Assembly: GCA_002633005.1 (NCBI GenBank) | Contig: NMRA01000123.1 | Span: 340,364 to 404,363 of the forward strand | Length of the DNA stretch: 64,000 nucleotides | From: Phoronis australis | Taxonomy: Eukaryota; Animalia; Phoronida | Reading direction: 5' to 3' | Shown here: positions 1 to 13,500 of the stretch, piece by piece | Layout: each line of letters begins with the position of its first letter | Numbering within the stretch: position 1 is the first letter of the stretch | Notes under the pieces: model-generated | What the model saw: only the letters and a program-made list of their open reading frames with translations | Told to the model about the DNA's origin: nothing | Databases searched by the model: none | Program-made: the position numbers and the translations under genes

Positions 1-1591
1 ATGGCCTTTCGGATAGCACCGATGTCACCTGTTTTCATGGCGTTCTCTATGTTATTTTGAAGACGTTCTATTTCCTTCACATGTTTCCTGAAGACCCCGC
101 TTTGCTGGTTTATTAATGCCTTTGCCTCGGTGATCAACTTGTTATCCGGGTCTATGAACCCGCCATATTGCTTTAAAAACTCTTCGTAATTATGTAGGAG
201 TGCTTGAACGTCTGGTATATTGTTTGAAGCAACAACCCGTTGAAGTTCTGATCTAAAATTCTCACTCTCGATCTGTTTGTCTTTAAGCTTGGATCGTACA
301 ATATCTTCCGATCTGCTAACCAAGGCGTTATTCAGCTGAAAGTTCTCACCGAACTCCGTTGCGATGCGCTTATAGTTTTCTAAGGCAGCATCTATCTGAT
401 TCAAGTCACCAGTTTCCATAGCTTTTTCAAGTTCTCTTCTCTTGTCCTCAAGCTGGGCTACGTGCTTTCTGTAACTACTGCCATTCGCCAGAAGAAATGT
501 ATTGGCTGATTTAACCAATTCGTGAATGGGCTTAACCAATCCCTTGTTTTCTTTCAGAAAGTTATTGTACTTGTGTAAAGCGTCTTGCACTGCAGATACA
601 ATTTGTGTATCAAGAGCCTTTTGGAGATTTTCCTGAAGTTGGGTTTCTAAAGGTTTCAAAGACACTCCTTTCATTCTCAAGCCATTTAGAGAATATTCAC
701 ACTCTCTGATGAAGTCTTCATCTGAACTTATGATGTCGAGATACGCATCTGCGAATTCTTTCAGCTTCTTCAGAGCAATTTCCGACGCAGCTATGTCTCC
801 ATCTTCAGTTGCTTTCATTAAAGACCTCTTTAATTCGCCATGTCTTTTAAGTACTTTCCCAAATCCTGAGCCAATTTGGTCAAGAGCATCGCATGCTTTC
901 TTCATTATGTTCTGATCTGGCGACACAATGCCTCTGTGATCACTTAAGAAGCATTCGTATTCATAGAACGCTGCATCTATTTTCTTCGCGTCACATGAAT
1001 TTATGGCCTGCCCAAGCTTGTCCTTCAGTTGCTCCTCTGTTTCTTTTACGTTGACCTGTTTCTTTTTTAGATCAATTAAACGCGCTTCGGTCCCTTTAAT
1101 CAAATCCAGATCATTACACAACTTACTCATGTCTGGGTGGAGTTTTGAAAACTCCTTTAGACGAGCTAACGCCTTTTCAATAGCAGATATGTCGTTGGCA
1201 TCCATGGCTCCCTGCAAGAGCTTCTTGATCTCAATTTGCTCGCGAAACAACTTTTCGTTTCCAATCCCAGTTGACATCAGCACTTCCATGGCCTCTTTGA
1301 CCAGGGCCTTGTCAGGATCTACAAAGTCGTGATGCTCTTTAGCAAATGCCTCGTAATCACACAGTGCAGACTGAATTGCGGCAGCGTCGCCTGAGTCAAT
1401 AGCATCTTCAAGGTTTATTATCAAGATGTCAAGCTCCTCTTCCAGCCCTGCCAACAGAGGATATGACGCCCTCAGCTTTCGACGCCTTCGCACATAGAAG
1501 AAGGCCGCAGCACAAAGAATGACTACCACGGCAATAACTATAATGGCTGGCCACACACTTCCATTCTCGGTGGCAACCTGTTTCTTGGCGT
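1..1591 (-). CDS. Exon 17 (partial): juxtamembrane segment, transmembrane helix and cytoplasmic ~65-aa helical repeats
   Basis: Acceptor tttgtttcttcag|AC (phase 1). Translation: (D)AKKQVATENGSVWPAIIVIAVVVILCAAAFFYVRRRRKLRASYPLLAGLEEELDILIINLEDAIDSGDAAAIQSAL...IENAMKTGDIGAIRKA. 529 codons without a stop up to the window edge. Absent from the ORF track, presumably because it has no stop in the window. Confidence 0.92.
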
Positions 1592-4500
1592 CTGAAGAAA
1601 CAAAGGATCCGTGATTAGACAACAGAGGAGAAATGTTACAATGTTTCAGCGCATTCCACGGCAGAGCAACATGCATCAAAACGTGGCAAAAGCTTAGTCT
1701 GGATGTTGCTGACCCATCAACGTGATTTCCAAATGTTCTTGAGTGCATTAGTGTCCTGCATCATTTGGTCCACATTAATTTATTCTGGAGTAACCAACGG
1801 TTCTCAAAACTATCAATAAAGTGCTGAACTGAAACACTCGCTCTCGGCGAATAACGAAGTGCCGTTCCTTCCTAAGCAGCTCTGAGAGCTTAAAGTGGGA
1901 GTAATTAAAGTTAATCTGTCTTGGCGAAGGCGGGTGTGCAACGGCTTAAACTGTTGCTGGGGAAAACATTCATGTAACTGTGGTACATGACCAGTTTGTT
2001 TGTATCGACGGAGGTTGATGTAGTATCAGAAAGTGTGCCGTGGAAATTTACAGACCAAGTCAACGAAAGCGCAACCAGCCTAAAATATAGGAGGCCCGAA
2101 TTTTTGAGAATGTGGACCTTTTACCCACTTTGCCAAATAGGAGGGGGGGGGGGCAAGCGAGCCCCCCTGTGTGCGCGTATGGAAAGGCCTCCATTTGTGA
2201 GGAAAACATCGAGATCAGTAGGATTTCAAATGGTACATGTGATTTCTGGATTACGAAATAGCGACATTCCCAAAATATCAATTGTTTGAGCTCTACCCAT
2301 CTTAATATAATCGTTGTCGCTTATTTCATGAGCAAGGCATGCTCACCTTGGCCCCCTTACATACGGTACTATTGAAGCGTCACGGGTACGTCGCCACATG
2401 CTTTGAGCAAAGGTGCTCATCACACCCCCATTGAAACGTCACGGGTGACCCGTTTGCTTATGCTACCATTGATACGTCACGGGTACGTCACCGAAAAAAG
2501 TCATGCTTACGCAATGACGTCTTCTTACGGTTATACAGGACAGCATGGACATGTCTGCGATTTTTGGCAAATGTCTGTAAAGCTATGTATTTTATCACTG
2601 TGACAGTACATATGTTCTGAAAGCCAGTAAAATTTAATTCTTGACTTTTGCCAATTTCTGCTACTTAGGTCACGTGACCTTGCTTTTTTAATAAAACTTA
2701 AAAAGAAAGAGAGTTGCATTCATAGAAAAACAACAAGGTCAATAACCAATAATTTTGTTTGATGTAAGTCTTCAAAATAAAATCACAAAAATGCTGTAAC
2801 CGTTTTCTAAATTATCCTTTGGTTCGTTGTTCTATGCAAATTTAATTTTTTCCTTAAAACCACTTAAATCCTTTTTGAAAGCCCCTTATACTAATTTGAC
2901 ACATTTCCGAGGCGAGGTTCAAAGAACAATGTTTTAGGCACAGTATCTGAAAGTTTTATGTAAATTTGATGGCGCAAAGCTGGGGTCCTACATGCAGTAA
3001 CCTGAAAACCTATATAAACTGAAGTTTAACGCAAGCCCAGATTAGTAGCACCTATTCTCAAACTATGTCCTTCGGTCAAGGCATCAAAATAAATATAACT
3101 TAATGTATAATATGTATAAAAATCTCCAGCTATTTGTTTCTTTCCAGACCTGTGGAAACATTCCAAAATATAGCCTGCTGGTTGTTTTCGAAGCAGACAT
3201 ATTTTGCCACGATCAGATTTAAAAACATGTTAAATAAATTGGATAAACCACGTTAAAACTTAGTCCTAAAAAGAGTTTTTTACTCGAACCCGCAGTAGAA
3301 CTATTAGTGTCATCTACTGCGGGTACAAGACATGGGTTTCTCAGTGCGTGACTGATTTATGCTGTTGCTGATAAGCGCCCTCGAATGCTCAACACACGTG
3401 ACAGTTTAAACTAGAAAAAATTCTTACAGAAATTGGTGATTAGAACTATTTAACTTGGTCATACAATTAAAAAGGAAAATCACCTAATAGTTTCATAAGG
3501 TTGGTAGATTCTGTATTTCACAACCAGAAAAAACATATCTTGACAGTTTCGGCAATCAGCAGCCATAATCCGTAGTTATTGGACGCTAGGTGGCGTGGTG
3601 ATCAGGCTGTTCTATGATTATGCTCGCCCTGTTTAGTCTGAAAGTAATCTCAGATCTAGACGGATAAGAGAGTCATTCTGGTTCAGAAAAAGTGGTTCAG
3701 TCATGAACAGGGAAAATAGGGGTTATAAGTTGTCTAAAATTTGGAACAGCCTGATCACCACGACACCTAGCGTCCAATATCATCGGAAGATGGCTGCTGA
3801 TAAGAGCAGAAAATGCCAAGGAGTCATTTTTTTGTGAAAAAAATCTATTACACCGGAACAAAGAAGCAGTTCACGAAAGGTTCTACAGTTCAGAGTCCAC
3901 TGACTAACATGGTGACTCCTGAATTCCATCTACTTGACTGTGTCACTCTATGATTGACTGAAGCGCTCCTGCACAAAAAATATCCGCACAACGTTTTCCC
4001 CGGAGCCCTTCTTAGCAGAGCTTTGTCCGCATCGGAACGGGGTTATCAGCTGATGAGAAACGATCAAAACAGCACCTCACCAGGAAGTCTAAATTTTTCG
4101 AAGATCGCACAGCAGCCATCAGGTACCATTTCGTAGGGTCGACCCGATTCAAGCACGTGACACTCATCATTTCCCCACTGAGAGATTGAACAGTCTGTCA
4201 TCAATTGGCACAATTGAGCACACTCGTCCGCACTTTTGGCGTCCACTTTCTTAAGATACGTTGAACGCACTCGCTGATTTTCCTGTTGCATAACACCTAA
4301 AATATCAGTTAAGTATAGTGATGAGTTAATCGAACCACGAATTTGAACATGAAAAGCTAACAAAATTGTATTATTCATTGTGGCTCTCCGCAACTTAAAG
4401 AGATGTCAAACAGTTCACCATATACTTTTACCGGTTGTCCGTAAAATGTTGATTTTCTTTTAATGTCAAACATTTTCCTTTTAGTTTCAATTTTAACGAA

Positions 4501-7500
4501 TGAGACCCGTTAATTGCTCGTTACATTTAATCGACGGTTAATTTTGCTCCCACAATGCAAAGCATGTCAACTCATTTGATATGGGAAGATACCTATTCCT
4601 TTTCTGAAAAATTGTGATCTTTGACAAGGCACCCGAGTGACACCTGGGGAGAGAAATCGCCGCAAATGGAAGGGAATCTGTAAATGTTCACCAACAATTC
4701 AACAGTTTAACTTCGCCGACCAAACACTTGTGGCCATTATTTTGCTATGTAGGTCAAAAACTCGTTAACAGTTTCCCTGAGCTCGATTATCTCACAGGAA
4801 ATTGCTCTACGGCTAAATCACAATCAAGGTCCATATTCGAGAGTTGAGTGTGTTACGGTCTAAAACATTTGTTGGTCACTTACCAAACGCCAACTGAATC
4901 TCATATGCAAAGAGTTATGCAAATTAAAAAAGGAATCGTCAAAATCGGACAATGTTTAAGAAGTGTATGCATGTTTTTGTCCGTGAATTTCATGTATTTT
5001 TATCGTTACGAGTTGCGATTTTAAAAACTACAATTTTCAACTGTCAACAGTAGAATAGAATTCGTTATCAAGTAAGCAATTGCCTAGATATGACTGGTAT
5101 TAACTTGAGTCACTTTCAGAATCACTTAGATGAAGTTGTGCTTAATCATTGAGAAATGGTAGGGTTCATCTTAAAACAGGGAGTGGTTACGAAATTTGTA
5201 AAGTCAGTGTTTCTAACCCTCACCTGCTGTAAAGAAGGTTAAAAACTAAAGTTCACACTATGTAATAAAAAGAACAGTATATCATATTAGCCTAGGCAAC
5301 ACAGAAAATTATTCAATATCTAAACAAACCAAAAGTTTGGATATTGGCTGGGTTCTGCTATGTTGAAAATAGGCCAAAAAGGCTAAAAAATGTACCATAC
5401 ATGTATGTACCCAGGTGAGAAATTCAGTAACACAAATGGTGATTGCAAAAGAAATTATTGCCTTTTAAATAACAACATGGTGCTTGTTATCATCAAAGAA
5501 AAATAAATGGGCATACATCATGTTACCATGTGATGCAGAAACAGTGACGTAATGTACGTGCACCCTTTTGTAGTGTACGTACCAAATGGAATTAAAATAT
5601 CATTTGGTAAGTGAGCAACATAGGTCGTAGACAGTTTCCTTTCTTAAAATGTTAGGTTAAAAGAGTGTTTGTCGCAAATGCATTTGTTTTGAGTGAAATA
5701 TTAGCATTTGTGTAGTGTCGCTATAATTTGGCAGTAATCTTTCTCGTATACATGTTTCATTGAAGACACGACTTTGATCTGTTCTTATCGTCATAGTTGC
5801 GCATGCCAACTTCACGTGTTATATTGCATTTGTCATTTCTGATGTGCGTTTCACTGTGAGCTAGTTGTAAACAGTAGCCTGAAGATGAGATGAAATATTG
5901 CATTTTAAATTACGTTACCTACTGATGTTTGGATTTTTATTGCACTGTTGTGCTGTAAAGACAAGGGGCCCGTTCCAACAAAACTGACTTAGCTAAGACA
6001 ATTCCTAAATTTTACTAAATTTTAAAATAAAAGTTCAATTTGTCTCAAAATCATTTCAAGAAAGAGATGTTAAGCTTGATTTAAGTGTTTGACGTACGTT
6101 TTGGCTTAATTTTGACGAATTTACCAGATATGGAAGCTTCAAAGTTTGGAAGTTAAGACAAATCTTAGACTTAAGTCAATAATGAACTTAAGTCAGTTTC
6201 TTGGAACGGGCCCAAGATCTCTAGTTCGAGAGTTTGAAACTAAAATTAAACTCTTAAAAACAGATCAACGTCGTGTCTTCAATGAAATATGTAAACTATT
6301 TGTGTAGTGTATATACTCCTATATTTTAATATGTGCCTATTTTCAAAGTATGGCAGATATGCACATGAATGCTGTGGTTTTTATTTTTCCTCTTTGAACT
6401 GATTTAGTAAATCAACTAACTCTCAGTAGATTCCTAGTATTTAGTTACAAACCTGACATGTCATTGAAATGTAGTGTACGTACCCCAATGTGAACAAATA
6501 CCATGAAAGAAAAATATTACACTGTAAGTAAGCAATTGGTAAGTAATTGGTCACAGACAGTTTCGTCCATTAAAAATGCTAGGTTAAAAGGGTGTTAATT
6601 ACAAATACCATTGTTTTGAGTGAAATATTAGCATTTGTGTAGTGTACGTACCCCTATATTCTAACATGTGCCTGTTTTCAAAGAATGACAGACAGATTTG
6701 CACATGTATGCTGTACTTTTTATTTATTCTCTTTGACTAGATTTGGTAAATGAGCTAACTCTCAGTAGATTCAGTATTTTTTATAAACCTGACAAGTCAT
6801 TGAAATGTAGTGTACCTACCCCTGTGTAGTACGTACCTTCAACCTCTGTGCTATAAAGTATTGCCCACAAGTATTTTTGCATACTGCTGTTCTCATCAGC
6901 AATACTGATATTTCCAAAATGAATCCAGTACGACAAAAAACAAAGGACATAGTCAAGTACAATCTCGCAGATATACCCTCCCTGCTTGTTGGAGGCCAAC
7001 TGGAAGCCTGTTATGCAAATTATAAATCGTTTCACCTGAGACTACATCGTCGTCGATTTCGAAAGCAGTGCAACAAGAATCAGCTTTCATTGTGAAAGTG
7101 CCACCTTCGCCCACAGTGATACATTCCTTCGTTTGGGGATTGAACTGCGCCGCTATGCAACAGACCTCGGCACATATACTGGCGCATTCAGGACCACTTG
7201 AAGTCACGTACGTTTCCGTGTTTGTCGCCGAGTCAAAGGCTGAATTGCCATACGCTTTCATTCCTGTTGAGCAAAACCATGAAAATCCAATGTATAAACT
7301 TGAACAAAGGGTGGGTCCAAAACGGAGCTCAAAAGTCGCCCCAAAATAGACAGACATTTTGGAGATAAAGCGTCTAGTATCAGTATACAGTTATTGTTCA
7401 TGTGACATGAACTTAGAGAGGTGAAAAAACATATAGTCTTGTTTACCTTTTCGAGATTTCCAAATGCCATTCCATGTTGCATTCAGTAAACAATTGATCA

Positions 7501-10500
7501 GAGTCACAAATAGTCAGGACCCGGAAAGTAAGAGTACGCAAAATCTGGCCGTGGCGGCTCTAGTAACAAGTAACGTCACAAACAAGGATCTTCTGTTTGC
7601 TATATTTCCTGATGTTGCAAATTTTCAGGGAATTGAACATTGCATATAGATACATATACGTATACAAAATGTAAATGTACATGTATATGTATGGACATTC
7701 TACGAAAAGTCATCTATAAATACATAAAGAATTGAAAAATGCAAACCGATCCGCTCCTTTTCCTCTTGTTCATAGAGTTCGCAACATTCGTCACTTCTCG
7801 CGGTGTAGTCTCCACCTGGATCAACCACCACACAGTCCAATGTCATCAAATTCCAATGGGCGGCGGGACACAAAGAGCGAACGCAATGTTCTGCACACTC
7901 GTATCCCGTGTCCTTCACAAACGTCTTCGTGTGATCTGAACTAAGAGCTTGTCCGGGTCGCCTGAACATATCTAAGTAAACGAAGCAAATGTGAAAGAAG
8001 GTACCTTTTATCATACAATTGTAAGCCAGGAATTAGACAGGTGCTCAATCTAATACTGGAACGCCATTTGTCGGCTAAAGATGCAGCTTGCCCTGTTTAG
8101 CCTGATAAAATGAAAATCGGTCGCGTGACGTACGTTCTCTGCTATGACAGGATTCCATTTTGATTGGTGCAACTTCAGATTTTTTCATGGAAATCATGAA
8201 AGTCCCATTTTTGATAAACCCTCGTGCATATGTGGAAATTTTGAAAGCTCATTTCAACGTCTGCTAGAAGAACAAGAGTGATCTACGATTTTAGCGAATT
8301 CAACAAAGCAACAGTGGGAAAAGACCGACCACCGAGGACAGTAAGATTGTTAGGAAACATGAGTTCTTAGTTAATTAACCCTTTATCTTTCAGGATATGC
8401 GACAAAGATGCATTAGCAGAGGACAGATCGAGGATTGGTTGATCAATCAGCAGCGTTTAGTAGCCAATCCTATTAAGCGGCAGCTGACGGGGTGGGGGAC
8501 TAGGCATCTCATCAATACCAAAGATCTATAAAATCTTTGTCAATACTGACCTGTAAATGGCTGTTCTTTCTTCGTAACAACAATACAGCAGTCGCTGTTC
8601 ACTAGGTTGTAGTCATCGCCTTCGCCCACCACCAGACATTCTTTCGTCTCCGGGTTCCACTGGGCCACCACACAGTCGCGTCGAGAGCACTGTGACAAAC
8701 AGGCGTGCGATGTTGGGGTCGTAGTCCTCGTTCCCTGGGTTGTTTCAATGGCTTGGTTTGGTAACTTGTCCATACCTAGGAAGTACGGAAAAGAGCAAGT
8801 TCAATAAGCTAACCGTGGTGAGAAGCAGTATAATTAAAACACAGTTCGATCTGTTCAAAACATGCCGGAAAATTGAAACAAATTAATGCTATTAAAGGTA
8901 TGCTCTTCCTTGAATAAACTAACTTGGTTACAGGCGCGAAAACAATTCAAGCCGTATGTTATTTTCCAGATAAATTGGAGGCGCATGAACATTGAGCGCA
9001 ACACAATAGAACTCCATTTTTTGGCCATCTGTCATTCGAAATTGCATATTTAGCCACCCTGACAGTTGTGCAATCTTTTGACACGCACTGGCATGCGATT
9101 TGGTGTGGCAAAACGTGCCCTTTCTGAGGATCTCCACTTGCGCAGTTTTCGAACAAAATTTATCACCTTTTCACCCAAAAACAAAAATGGGCCGCAATGA
9201 CAACAAACGGCTACGTATTGATGTACTGTGCATGCCTCTATCACGGAAATCATTGTCTGAAAATTGTCAAGCGTACTTCACGATATATTCATGCGCAATT
9301 CACGTTCGTTTCCCGCGTTCTGTTTGACGTTATTCGAATAAACAGACAAGGTCTATCCAAAACCAACCACCAGCTTTCTGAATAGACGATCGCATGCGCA
9401 ACATTTCCTGATTTCTGGAGTCGTATCCCACAAATCTATGCTCTACGAAGCGCACACATCGATTTTCGTTATCCGAAAAGGTCAATGAGTGCCAATTTTC
9501 AAACATTGTGAAATTCTTTCGACAGCATAGCTAGGACTCCCGCATAGTTAACAAACATGGCACACACAATACCGAGCAGACTGAAACGTGATGTATCGGA
9601 GCACGTGACACGTACAACATGCGCGCACCCAGGGGGGGCTCGGGGGCTATTTGGCGAAGTGGACAAAAAGGTTAGCCCCAGAGAAACAAAAAGTGCGAGA
9701 AAACGAAACAAAAAGTCCACTAAAAAAAGCGAAAACCCACAATACAGAGCCATGGACGTGGTACCCCGTTTTTTTAGTCCTTCGGTTTTTTGTCGGTAAA
9801 AGGTCCACATCGTCGGAAATTCGAGCCCCCCATACTAAAGGCTGGGTGCGCGCATGTACAAGTGTCGTGGAAGCTTCCTTTCCGCAAGTTTTCGGACATT
9901 TTACAAACAATTACTAGAAATTGTTTAGCTTCATTAGAAATTTTGTATACTTTATTATCACTGAACTGAAAATCTAAGAAGGTTTCGGCGAAGTTGTAGT
10001 CATCCCTCAAAAATGTCACATGACGAAAAAATCGAGCAAATGACGCATGTGGGTTACGAGCGTATCGTTTTGAAGTTGAGGCCCAACTTCTTTATTTACA
10101 AAATTAGGAGAATGGTGTCAGAAAATGACTTTGATTTTGATTGAAAGTAACGAACCAGGCTGCTGTCGTTTGAACTACCAAGTATAAAATATCCAAATTT
10201 TTAACAAGTTGTCCTTATCGTTGAGTCGCATACATATGTAGCTGAGTAGGTGACTGACTAATTCTATATTTACGCGAGCCACAAGTAATGCACGAAGACT
10301 CAAATTTCGCACAAACAGATGCCCTAACGGCACACTTTCATGTCAGACTCTGTGAACAGCTTTCCGATTTCCACTCGTTCAGTTCCTAACTTACAGGCCC
10401 GTAGTCCGTAGCCAGGTGGGGTTCGGGAGTTCGATCAACTCTCCTCACAGAAAATATCCATCTCCAGCACATCCGTTAAAGATGGGATATAGATGGACAA

Positions 10501-13500
10501 CAACAACAATATTGTTGCAGCTACTGGTAGTAGTAATAATTTTAAATTTACTCCGCGTAATCACCGGGCCGTACCCGGTCAACTTTGCCTGAATGGTGTT
10601 TGATGATATGATGGTGCAGACGATTAGAGGGGGATTTATGTTATTCGTCGACACTGAACGCGCGTGGTGGCCACAGCCTATGGTAACAAAGGGATCTAGA
10701 AGAAAATTTCTATATGTAGCTAGGCTAGATAGCAGCGAGAGAGCTCCTAAAAAGCAGTGCCGTTTGAATTTCAAGAAACAAAACAGCAGAATGTGGGTTT
10801 GTCATCTATTAGTTTGGTAGTGTGAGAGTACGGAAAAGTGCAGACGTTTTCAAATTTGCACTTTGGTTGTGGATTGGTGGATGACATGCATGCGCGTGTA
10901 CACGTACGTGTCCAATCTTTTGATGATAATTAAATTCACTATAGGCAGTCTTTCGTTGCTAAAAAATCTGACGTTCAACTACCGTGTTTTTGCACTAGAC
11001 CTAAAAAAAAATTTGGTCAATTAAGACAGTCTCCTCTTGTCAATCAGTGCCAATGGCACACAGCCTCACAGACATCATAGGAGCAACAAATTTGACAGAA
11101 AAGACTGCCAAATTTGCATGTCTCTATTCCGAAGGTTCACCATTCCCAACATACACTACTACAAAAATACTCTGAAGGTTCGCTACCTTCCAAAGTTAAC
11201 TACTTCGAATGCCCACAATTCCGAATCCAGAAATCCGGCATTACACTACTCTGATTCAAGGGCTAGCCCAGGATTTTGAGTTGGGGTGGGGGGCAGGGCA
11301 GAGGCCAGAATTTCGCCCGTCAGATATTCGCACCCNGAGTGAGGGCGGGAACAATCTACCTCCCGATCACCATCAATAGCACCCCCGCCCTGTTGCAAGC
11401 TCTCATAGGCTCTGCCTCAATTTAAAGTAGCCTTTTGTGCTCTTAAAAATTGTCACCTTCGTGGTTACAGGTGATTTGAACTCAGAGAGATTTTTCACTA
11501 GGGGAATTTTTATGCCTCGTGGGGGGAATTTCGCGTGATATTTCAATATGTTTGAGAGCGGAATAGGGCCGATATTGGGCCCTAAATTTGAAAGATTGAG
11601 GGCTCTGTCCTTTTTGGAAAGAAAAATTATAATGTTTCAACCCGTAGCAAGGGCTGATCCAGGTTTTTTAGTTAGGGGGGGCAGGGCACAGGAATAAACA
11701 GCATTTCGGCAGATGCGCGCGTCCAGCCTAAACTCTGGGGATGCAGGGGTCTTGAATTCTTGGGTTTGCGGACCTGTTGACTAAAAAAAACGGTAAATGG
11801 GGTTCATTCAGCGCCTATGCGTTGTTTATTCACCCCCGTTGCGCACGTGTGCTAGTCAGCAATTCGCACCCGAACTCAAAAATGGGATATGATACAATTT
11901 TAGGGGGGGCCATGCCCCCACCCTAAATCCGTAGTCATGAAAACACAGCCTGGTTGGCCCATTCTCCGGTCGTTACTATGATGCTTAAGAACTGACCGCG
12001 TGATGCGACAAAATATGATCTAACTTTTCGAATACATTTATAAATTTTACACGAACATATTTTGCTTCGTCGCGGCAACGACCCAACGCTTCCGAATCTC
12101 AACGTCTTTAGAGATTGTGAAGCAGACAGTTGCGTGTCCGTTCGCGGAACAACACGGTCTGAAACACAGAACTATGCCTATAAGCTAACAGAGCTATCGT
12201 AGCGAGCCTCGTTTTGGAATGCGCCTCCTGTCGGCGTGAATAGGGTCTATGCGTATGTAATCCGGGCATTGTTTGAGCATACTACGTGAATTGTACACCA
12301 CCTGTGCATCTAATAACCGAAATGTCGTTTATGTTTGCATGTAAACGTGTAAAAAATACACCTAAGTCTGATATTATAGATCATTCCTGATTAGTGAACC
12401 TTCGGAATAGTTAACCTTAAGAGTAGTGGGCCCTTTGGAATACTGGACTGCTCCCATTTTCAACGATGTAAGCAAGTTACGTAACACGCAAAACACAACC
12501 AAATCAAAAATTCAAGTCATACTCCGACTAAATATTTCGGTCCGAGTATGTAATGAGGTGTAATTACTCAGTTAATCACGCTAAGTTTGAAATTTTGGCA
12601 GGAAGTAACGCGAGAACGTTCTCTTTCTTGACCACATTACATCCAAATTTTGGGTCCCGTTCCCTGCGAGCAGCAGTCACGGCACCCACATTTCTGGTAT
12701 TACGAATTCCGTCCGATCTTGGGAACATACATGTATAGCTGAGAGCCGTCGTTGCGTATATACAGATTTTCCTACCCCCCTAGTTAAGCTGCGTAAAGGA
12801 CCTTACCGAAAACTCTACAATGTCGACGTTTACAAAATATCAAAAGTCCGCCGATCTAGAAATATGAACCAACACATCACAATACTGGCTACGCGTCTGA
12901 ACTTGTCAAGTTTTCTACAACAAGAGTCCACAGTGGTATTTTTCAAACTTTCATGTACTGCAAAACAAAACAATCCCTGGAATAAGACGAAAAGCATTTG
13001 AGTTCCCACTAAAGGCATAGGCCTATACCGCATCAATTTTGGGGTCGAATATCGGTCCCATTCCCTATTTACGAAGTCGTTGTTAATGTATATTGATAAG
13101 CCAACAGTTGCTTCATGACATCTGTGCTCGGTTGCACAAAACTTATACGCCGTATAGCAACAATGAGGTTGCAAGCGTCACGTTGTTGTTGCTGAACTAT
13201 GGACCTGACGTCATGCAACAATCAAACTTATCCGGCGAATAAGTTTTGAAGCTTTATACAACTCAGCCCAGGTAAACTGATCAACAATAGCTGCAAAGTG
13301 TATTACAAAGCAACATTGGTATCCAGTAGGCCTAGGCGTATTTCACAAAGTTGCCGCAACATACAAAATGGTCTTATGAAAGGTGGTTGTACATGTTCGA
13401 GTGCTGCTGCTTATACATATGCATGAAAGTCAGACTTGTAGCTGGAGATTTGAGGCACCCTCTTTGCATTGTATCCTAATTTTCCTAATGCTCCTTGTGC

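Larger units (their letters stand above)
5570..6822. repeat. Degenerate tandem repeat (~335-bp unit, A-B-A-B), interrupted by nested insertions
   Basis: 5570-5720 resembles 6470-6650, and 6297-6485 resembles 6635-6822. Recurrent motif GTAGTGTACGTACC. Confidence 0.7.

Noticed and set aside
709-1332. Plus-strand ORFs 709-915 and 1003-1332
   Set aside because: Antisense shadows of the long minus-strand TM/cytoplasmic exon; their composition is not protein-like.
2371-2495. Three copies of ATTGA(A/T)(G/A)CGTCACGGGT with short spacers, superficially CRISPR-like
   Set aside because: Only three degenerate units with irregular spacing, in a eukaryotic intron with no cas genes; more likely transposon subterminal repeats.
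10445-10774. 109-aa minus-strand ORF in the long intron between PAN 5 and PAN 6, as a possible extra exon
   Set aside because: No PAN cysteine pattern and no convincing phase-1 splice sites.
12830-13174. ORF beginning MQPHCCYTAYKFC (contains CC)
   Set aside because: The CC derives from the 13125-13268 MITE; there is no C-x3-C-x4-C core.
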